Shown here piece by piece: positions 58,459 through 64,000 of a stretch of 64,000 nucleotides of DNA. The notes below the pieces were generated by a model. The model saw only the letters and a program-made list of their open reading frames with translations. It searched no databases and was not told where the DNA came from. The DNA is taken from contig JAEOSZ010000006.1 in assembly GCA_016840095.1 (NCBI GenBank), positions 1 through 64,000 of the forward strand. Reading direction: 5' to 3'. Source of the DNA: Candidatus Heimdallarchaeota archaeon (GTDB taxonomy: Archaea > Asgardarchaeota > Heimdallarchaeia > Heimdallarchaeales > Heimdallarchaeaceae). Within the stretch, counting starts at the first letter, position 1. The number at the start of each line of letters is the position of its first letter. The position numbers and the translations under genes were made by a program.

Positions 58459-59304
58459 TTATCCCATTACACTGGCAAAATAGAAGAAGAATACAAATAG
58501 TGCTATTGGAACTGCAATGGTTACAAATGCATTTACCCATGCCATTTTACCAATAACTCTCAACGATATAGATGCATATACTATCATTATAATCCATAGA
58601 ATAATCATCAAGCCTTTAAAAATCCATAAAGGTATGCTTCCTCCTCCAAAATTAATAAAGTAAATGTAGTCCGCAAATTCTGAAAAACTAACAGAACCAC
58701 CTAGACCACCTGATGGTGCCATAAGCGTGAAGAAGATACCAAGAAATTCTCCAGCAGCGATTGGAGCAAGAGAATAACCGATAATAGCTCTGAACTGCTT
58801 TGTGGTTGCTTCTGAACCCAACATAGCACCAAACTTGGACATCAACCAAGTAGATATGAAAATAAACATCTTCAACATTATCCATATAACAAAAGGCATG
58901 ATGAAGAAAACAACCAAGAACAGGATAAAATTAAGTCCTATAGTAATAGTCCACTTTTCGGGATCTGAAAGTCCAGGTCCAAAAATGAATTCTGTTGAAT
59001 AATCTACACCTGATTTTAACATAACCATATAATATCTTAGTGCGAGAAACAATGAGTATAACAACAGTATAATGTTTCCTCCTTTCTTTTCTGTAGCAAT
59101 AGCTATTTCTTCACTAGTTCTGAAAGGATGTCTGAAGAAATTATACATTCTTATAAAAACTTCTTTCATTGATGGTTTGAAAGAGAACTTTTTCAGCTCA
59201 TATTCTAAAAGTCCAAAACCGCAAAACGGACAAACAGAGTATTCAAGTGGAACTGTCTCGGAACAACTAGGACATTTTTGTGTACTTTCACTCATGTTGC
59301 TCAA
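58459..59304 (-). CDS. Yip1-domain membrane protein with N-terminal zinc ribbon
   Basis: CPSC...CPFCG, then ...P...F/E amphipathic segment, five TMs, Y(S)..P motif. Confidence 0.7.
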   Translation of the reverse strand: MSNMSESTQKCPSCSETVPLEYSVCPFCGFGLLEYELKKFSFKPSMKEVFIRMYNFFRHPFRTSEEIAIATEKKGGNIILLLYSLFLALRYYMVMLKSGVDYSTEFIFGPGLSDPEKWTITIGLNFILFLVVFFIMPFVIWIMLKMFIFISTWLMSKFGAMLGSEATTKQFRAIIGYSLAPIAAGEFLGIFFTLMAPSGGLGGSVSFSEFADYIYFINFGGGSIPLWIFKGLMIILWIIMIVYASISLRVIGKMAWVNAFVTIAVPIALFVFFFYFASVMG

Positions 59305-59394
59305 ATCTCTATATTGATTTATGTTTAATATCTGTTGTGGCTAGTTAATGAAAACCTTTGTGATAAATGTAAGGGGTAAAAGAAATATAAAAAA

Positions 59395-60156
59395 TCATCT
59401 TTTTGTTTTGACGAAACGCTTCTTCATAAGTCTAAGAATAGGGACAAAAGCAGTTATCAAAATCAGATAAGAAAAATCCATTGATACTCTTTTTGTAAAT
59501 CCTTCAATTTCTAAATTTGTACCCCTAAGTTCTATTGATAAATTATAGAACCCAAATGAAGTTATTCCTTTTAATAAGACTCCAGAAGTAGAATGATAAT
59601 ATAGGGTAGTATATTGACCATAGTAATCAACAGTATCGAATTTCATAACGTCATAGAATTTGGGAGCATCACTAATTGAATGCTCAAAATTTCTAACTTC
59701 TTCTGTGGTAGTATTAGTAGATTGAACCATTGATTGAATATTTTGCCAATCTGAAGCATTAGCAAAGAATCCACCATTCCAGGTTCCAATACTAATAGTT
59801 AATCCAAATGCCGTATCAACATTTCTAACATTGATAAAAGTAGTATTAGTTGTAGAATTACCCAAAAACAGATAACCGCTTATGTTAGCTTCAGTTACTG
59901 ACATTATTAAGAACTGTATAAAATCTCCAGCAGTAACAGACCAATTTCCAAAATAGTTAAAGGTTGGAGATGCACCATAAAAAACATTCTCAGTATCACT
60001 TGCTTCTAAAACTTCATACGATAACAAATTTCCTAATTCCAATTCAATGGATGCTGTAACAGATTGAAAGTTTAAACATGTAATCAAGAAGAGAACAGCT
60101 GTTAATGCAAAGATGGTTGTTGATTTCTGGTTTTTTAGTAAATTCATATTGATCAT
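59395..60156 (-). CDS. secreted surface protein with C-terminal TM helix and basic tail
   Basis: Signal peptide, sequon-rich, C-terminus ...FSYLILITAFVPILRLMKKRFVKTKR. Confidence 0.75.
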   Translation of the reverse strand: MINMNLLKNQKSTTIFALTAVLFLITCLNFQSVTASIELELGNLLSYEVLEASDTENVFYGASPTFNYFGNWSVTAGDFIQFLIMSVTEANISGYLFLGNSTTNTTFINVRNVDTAFGLTISIGTWNGGFFANASDWQNIQSMVQSTNTTTEEVRNFEHSISDAPKFYDVMKFDTVDYYGQYTTLYYHSTSGVLLKGITSFGFYNLSIELRGTNLEIEGFTKRVSMDFSYLILITAFVPILRLMKKRFVKTKR

Positions 60157-60183
60157 TCAGAATAATTCTTCTTAAGGGAATTT

Positions 60184-60276
60184 TGGCGGACCAGGCAGGA
60201 TTCGAACCTGCGACCCCCAGCTGTCTTCAGTTTAAACTTCCGAAGGCTGGTGCCTTATCCGCTAGACTACTGGCCC
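60184..60276 (-). tRNA. tRNA-Arg (UCG) with 17-nt intron at 37/38 (60223-60239); CCA end encoded
   Basis: GGGCCAG...CCAGC-CT-TCG-G^AAGTTTAAACTGAAGAC^A-GCTGG...GCAGG-TTCGAAT-CCTGC-CTGGTCC-GCCA; canonical BHB (CUUC/GAAG helix); 76 nt mature. Confidence 0.95.
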
Positions 60277-60378
60277 ATGCTGATTTTCTTTTTCATTATA
60301 CTTTTTATTTCTTCTGTTGAAAGCTTATACAGAATTGTTGTTAGAATAAGGAATATAATTTTGGAAAAAGAGATAGTT

Positions 60379-61623
60379 CTATCTTGGAATTCCATTCTCA
60401 ATCCATGATTTCAGGAGTCTCTCAAATTCCTTTTTCTTCTTAATTGATTGTGTTTGATATGCATAAATTTGCGACATTGCTAATCCTCCTAGTTCAACGT
60501 ATGCCTCATCCATATCACAAATGGCTGATATTCTGGCTTTCCAATTTTCATCAGTGTCAGCTTGTTCTGCATAAGACATAAACAGTTTCAAAATCTTTTC
60601 GATTTTTGAAGAAACAGCTGATTCTTCTGTAACAGGTTTTGTGCTTACATCTACTTTAGCAGGTTTAGATTCTTCTCTTGGTTTAGGCTTTGGTTTAGGC
60701 TCAGGTTTAGGCTCAGCTTTTGGAGGAGGTGTTGATTCTGCTTTAGGTGCGGGTGTAGACGATGGTTTATCTTCAAGTTCTGCAAATATGTTCTCCTTAA
60801 TCATAGGTTTTGAGGAGGCACTAGATGAGGTGGGCATTGATTCTTTCTTAGGAGAATAACTAATTTTAGCAGGTTCTGTCCTTACGGGAGTTGATTCCTT
60901 CTTTTCAGAAATTGGAGTAGCGAACTTTATTTGATCTGGTGAGATTGTTTCTGCTGTCTTAGGTGCTGGCATAGAACCAGTAGAAGTTGAAACAGACATT
61001 GGTTTTGAAGGAGATGTATAAGCATCATTGGGAACTGATAAGGTTATGTGAGGCATCTGCCTTGCATTAATGATTGCTTCTAATCCAATATCGATTGATT
61101 CAACTACTGTTTTCAATGCAGGTGTTTCAGCTCCAAATTTCAGTACTTTTTCCTTTAAGGTTTGACTTCCAGCAGTCATTAAACTGAGTTTCTTCTTGAG
61201 ATCCACATTTTCTTCTTGCAGTTTTTCTTCTCCTTTTTCTGCTTCAGTTTCAATTGATTCAATTGACCCCATAAGTGCATGCATCTGCAATTTTAGTTCT
61301 TCCCTTTCAGCATTGAATAAATCTTGCTGCAATCTTGTATCTTCAATTTCTTTATCCAAATCAACTTTTTCCTTTTGTAAATCTTCAACTAATTTAGATA
61401 ACTGATCTAGTTCTGTTGTAAGTTCACGAACTTTTTCATCTGATTGTGTTTGAGACATTTTTTCTTGGAGTTTCTCAAATAACTTAATTCTACGCATTGC
61501 TAGTTGAGGAGAAATATTTTCCTTTTGCATGAAATTAAGAATATACTCTAAATCATGAGGTTGGATGCTGTACTTCTTAAGAAGCTCTTCTATGGAAACT
61601 GGATTTTCAGTCATAACCTTCAA
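60379..61623 (-). CDS. hypothetical protein: coiled coil, Pro/Ser/Thr/Lys-rich linker, small C-terminal helical domain
   Basis: Heptad-rich aa ~45-165, PKAE/PKPE repeats, globular last ~75 aa. Confidence 0.75.
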   Translation of the reverse strand: MKVMTENPVSIEELLKKYSIQPHDLEYILNFMQKENISPQLAMRRIKLFEKLQEKMSQTQSDEKVRELTTELDQLSKLVEDLQKEKVDLDKEIEDTRLQQDLFNAEREELKLQMHALMGSIESIETEAEKGEEKLQEENVDLKKKLSLMTAGSQTLKEKVLKFGAETPALKTVVESIDIGLEAIINARQMPHITLSVPNDAYTSPSKPMSVSTSTGSMPAPKTAETISPDQIKFATPISEKKESTPVRTEPAKISYSPKKESMPTSSSASSKPMIKENIFAELEDKPSSTPAPKAESTPPPKAEPKPEPKPKPKPREESKPAKVDVSTKPVTEESAVSSKIEKILKLFMSYAEQADTDENWKARISAICDMDEAYVELGGLAMSQIYAYQTQSIKKKKEFERLLKSWIENGIPR

Positions 61624-61658
61624 TAGATTATACTTAGAATTAACTTAATAAAGTTTAG

Positions 61659-62780
61659 TTGTTGACGGGAAAAGGAAACGTTTTTTTATCTGGAAAGTCA
61701 ATTCTCTCCAAGGTGCTTTATGTGGTTGACACTAGAGGATTAATGATTAACAGGTTAATTGTTTTATTACAGATTTTCATCTTTCCAACATATTTCTTCA
61801 TTTGGATGAATGTTGAACCAATGAAAAGTGCATCTCTGAGTGGTTTCTTCTTCTGGACAAGTAATAATCCACTGGAGGGAACAGGTGAACTAATTATTCT
61901 ACGGATATTGGCTCCTATAATATTTGCACTTCCATTCACATTAGCTTCCATAATAAGAGCAACTAGAATTGCAAATTCATATGAACTCATGTGGAGAGCT
62001 ATGGGAAAGGTTAGAATCGACACCAAAGTTTTCTATATGGTTAATGCTATGTTCTGTTTATTCTTCTTAATTTTCCCTTTTACCGCTCCAATTATTGCAG
62101 TTTTTGGATCCTTCTTTGCGGTTAAGTTAATTTTACATGCTTTTGGTATCAAGAAAAATGTTCCTACTATTCTTGTTGTTATTCCTGGATTGTTTCTTGC
62201 AGCAATTCCATTAATGATTACAATATCATTTTTTGCTCAGTATTCTACAATATTTGTACCTATATGGCAAATTTGGACAGGGTATTCTCCAATCTTCTAC
62301 GGGATTGTTTTATGTTTAGCATGTGCTATGGCAATTGGAAATTTCATCATGTTTCTACGAGAAGGAGCATCTGAAGTATCTTATACAAAAACAATATCAG
62401 ATCGCATAGGTTTGTTTATTAAAATTTTATTATTTGTTGGGATTCTTATGCTGTTTATCTTTGTAGATAATAATGGAGCATCTTTAGCTGATTGGAATTC
62501 TTCAGGACTTGCTATGTTCATAATTAACATCGTTGCCATAGTCTTAGGTGGTTTTGAAACAATTGTAAGATGGCGTAAGGGACATGCTAAAGAAGGTGGA
62601 GGTGGTGGAGGGGCTGGAACTCTTATGGTACCTATCTTCATTGGTGTAAATTTCTTTATCAGATATTTTGCACGACCAGACATAGTTGTTACAATTATAG
62701 TATCAATCTCAGCTCTTATCTTCTTTGGGCTTTTCATAGCTGCATACAGATATGCTAATGATGAAACACTATTTGAGTAA
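61659..62780 (+). CDS. polytopic membrane protein of unknown function
   Basis: About 9-10 TM segments, Gly-run loop; true start probably downstream (e.g. 61743). Confidence 0.75.
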   Translation: MLTGKGNVFLSGKSILSKVLYVVDTRGLMINRLIVLLQIFIFPTYFFIWMNVEPMKSASLSGFFFWTSNNPLEGTGELIILRILAPIIFALPFTLASIIRATRIANSYELMWRAMGKVRIDTKVFYMVNAMFCLFFLIFPFTAPIIAVFGSFFAVKLILHAFGIKKNVPTILVVIPGLFLAAIPLMITISFFAQYSTIFVPIWQIWTGYSPIFYGIVLCLACAMAIGNFIMFLREGASEVSYTKTISDRIGLFIKILLFVGILMLFIFVDNNGASLADWNSSGLAMFIINIVAIVLGGFETIVRWRKGHAKEGGGGGGAGTLMVPIFIGVNFFIRYFARPDIVVTIIVSISALIFFGLFIAAYRYANDETLFE

Positions 62781-62890
62781 TTGAATCACTAAGGTTTATC
62801 AAGGAATTGACAAACAATTCCTAACCAAAATTTTTATATGCCGACTTATGAAGACCTTATCAAATTCTCCCTAAGTCTGAGAGGGTTCCA

Positions 62891-63514
62891 ATGAGTGACA
62901 ATCCAGAAATTACTAAAAAGATTGAAGAAAACACAGAGAAGCTAATAAAAGAAATTTTAGCTGATCAGAAAAAAGCAATCACTGAAATTAATAAAGGAAC
63001 AGAAGATAAAATCAAGGGAATTCAAGGCAAGATTGTAGAAGATGCAAAAACCAAAGCAGATTCTGAATTTATGAAAGAGAAAGCTAAGAAAGAACTTGAA
63101 CTTAAACTTCAAATTACAAAATATCGAGACGAACTGGTTTCTGATTTGATTAACAAAGCTAAAGAAAAGATATCTAATCTCATAGGGACAAAAGAATATA
63201 GTAAAAATCTTGAAAAATTAGTTTTAGAAGCGGCTTTAACTCTTAAGCAACCTGAGATTTCCATCTTATGTAGAAAAGAGGACAAGGACATATTCTCTAA
63301 ACAGTTCTTTGATAATGTTTCCAAACAATTTACAGATAAACAACTAAAGGTGAAATTTAACGTTTCAAGTAATTTCATCAAATCAATGGGTGGAGTAAAG
63401 GTGGAAACAGCTGATGGAAGAATCAGCATTGACAATACTTATGAGAAGAGGATTGAAAGGTCATTAGATGATTTGAAAAGAGAGTTATCATTATTACTTA
63501 CACAAGAAGGTTGA
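62891..63514 (+). CDS. atpE: A/V-type ATP synthase subunit E
   Basis: Long N-terminal charged helix; C-terminal GG......DG.I.IDNT...R. Confidence 0.88.
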   Translation: MSDNPEITKKIEENTEKLIKEILADQKKAITEINKGTEDKIKGIQGKIVEDAKTKADSEFMKEKAKKELELKLQITKYRDELVSDLINKAKEKISNLIGTKEYSKNLEKLVLEAALTLKQPEISILCRKEDKDIFSKQFFDNVSKQFTDKQLKVKFNVSSNFIKSMGGVKVETADGRISIDNTYEKRIERSLDDLKRELSLLLTQEG

Positions 63515-63519
63515 TTTCT

Positions 63520-64000
63520 ATGAATAAAAAAATCTGGATAAAAGCAAGTGTGTTTCTTTTATTAGCTGTCTTCATGTTAAACCCTCATGCAAACGTTTCA
63601 AGAGCACAATCGGATCAATATATAGGTGCTTTTAATGGCCGTATGTCAACTACTAGCATCATTAGAAACAGTAGAGTTACCATACAAGCAACACTTGTTA
63701 ACTTCGGAGATTTAGATATTGAGGTTGTATCCTTTAATGCTGAGTTTGTTCACACAGGTGGTAATGACAGATTCAACACAACCTACACCATATCCTATGA
63801 TGCTTATCATAGAACAATCGAACCTGGAGATAGTATAACAGGTACTCTTAGAGAAGAAATTACCAGTCCAGAAGCAGAATATAATGTAACTATTTACTTC
63901 GAAGCTACAGATTCTTATCACCCGCATGACCAATTTGGTGCCATACCTATAGCTTACATAGCTGCAGAAAACATCACTGTATCTGTTGTTGACTTTGGAG
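63520..64000 (+). CDS. secreted beta-rich (Ig-like) protein, 3'-truncated by window edge
   Basis: Manual translation MNKKIWIKASVFLLLAVFML...TLVNFGD...TIEPGDS...YNVTIYF...; no stop before 64000. Confidence 0.75.
   Translation, partial: MNKKIWIKASVFLLLAVFMLNPHANVSRAQSDQYIGAFNGRMSTTSIIRNSRVTIQATLVNFGDLDIEVVSFNAEFVHTGGNDRFNTTYTISYDAYHRTIEPGDSITGTLREEITSPEAEYNVTIYFEATDSYHPHDQFGAIPIAYIAAENITVSVVDFG

Noticed and set aside
60641-60859. Gly/Leu-rich plus-strand ORF, and the many other 60-150 aa overlapping ORFs in the track
   Set aside because: Antisense or alternate-frame shadows of well-supported genes
1-64000. CRISPR arrays, transposases, integrases, tRNA-anchored islands
   Set aside because: No periodic repeats, no mobile-element motifs, and no duplicated tRNA 3' ends were seen by eye

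Overview
AT-rich, gene-dense archaeal chromosome segment, most likely from an Asgard archaeon (Heimdallarchaeia-like; this is an inference). The evidence is archaeal informational genes (aIF-2beta, aIF-1A, RIO1, Pno1/Dim2, NMD3, aCPSF1, Nop2/Nip7, Trm112, egsA), two intron-containing tRNAs (Trp-CCA, Arg-UCG), a ribophorin I homologue, a Zn-ribbon Yip1 protein, MutS/MutL and a bacterial/eukaryotic-type MetK. I saw no mobile element or CRISPR array. The most unusual part is the ~12 kb locus at 17.4-29.4 kb. Two divergent operons are headed by a BpsA-like SAM-dependent transferase with an altered GDSD motif and by a group IV PLP decarboxylase. They continue into four soluble-domain glycosyltransferases, a GT-C-like membrane protein, an ArnD-like deacylase, an MBL hydrolase and a YkgJ protein, and the locus ends at an exosortase/archaeosortase. 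I interpret this as a candidate system for aminopropyl/cationic decoration of surface glycans or anchors. Other notes: a 51-aa RHH gene missed by the ORF track, a structured element upstream of metG, and a divergent ArsR/bactofilin pair that both carry SHOCT-like helices. All calls come from motif recognition by eye; no database searches were run.
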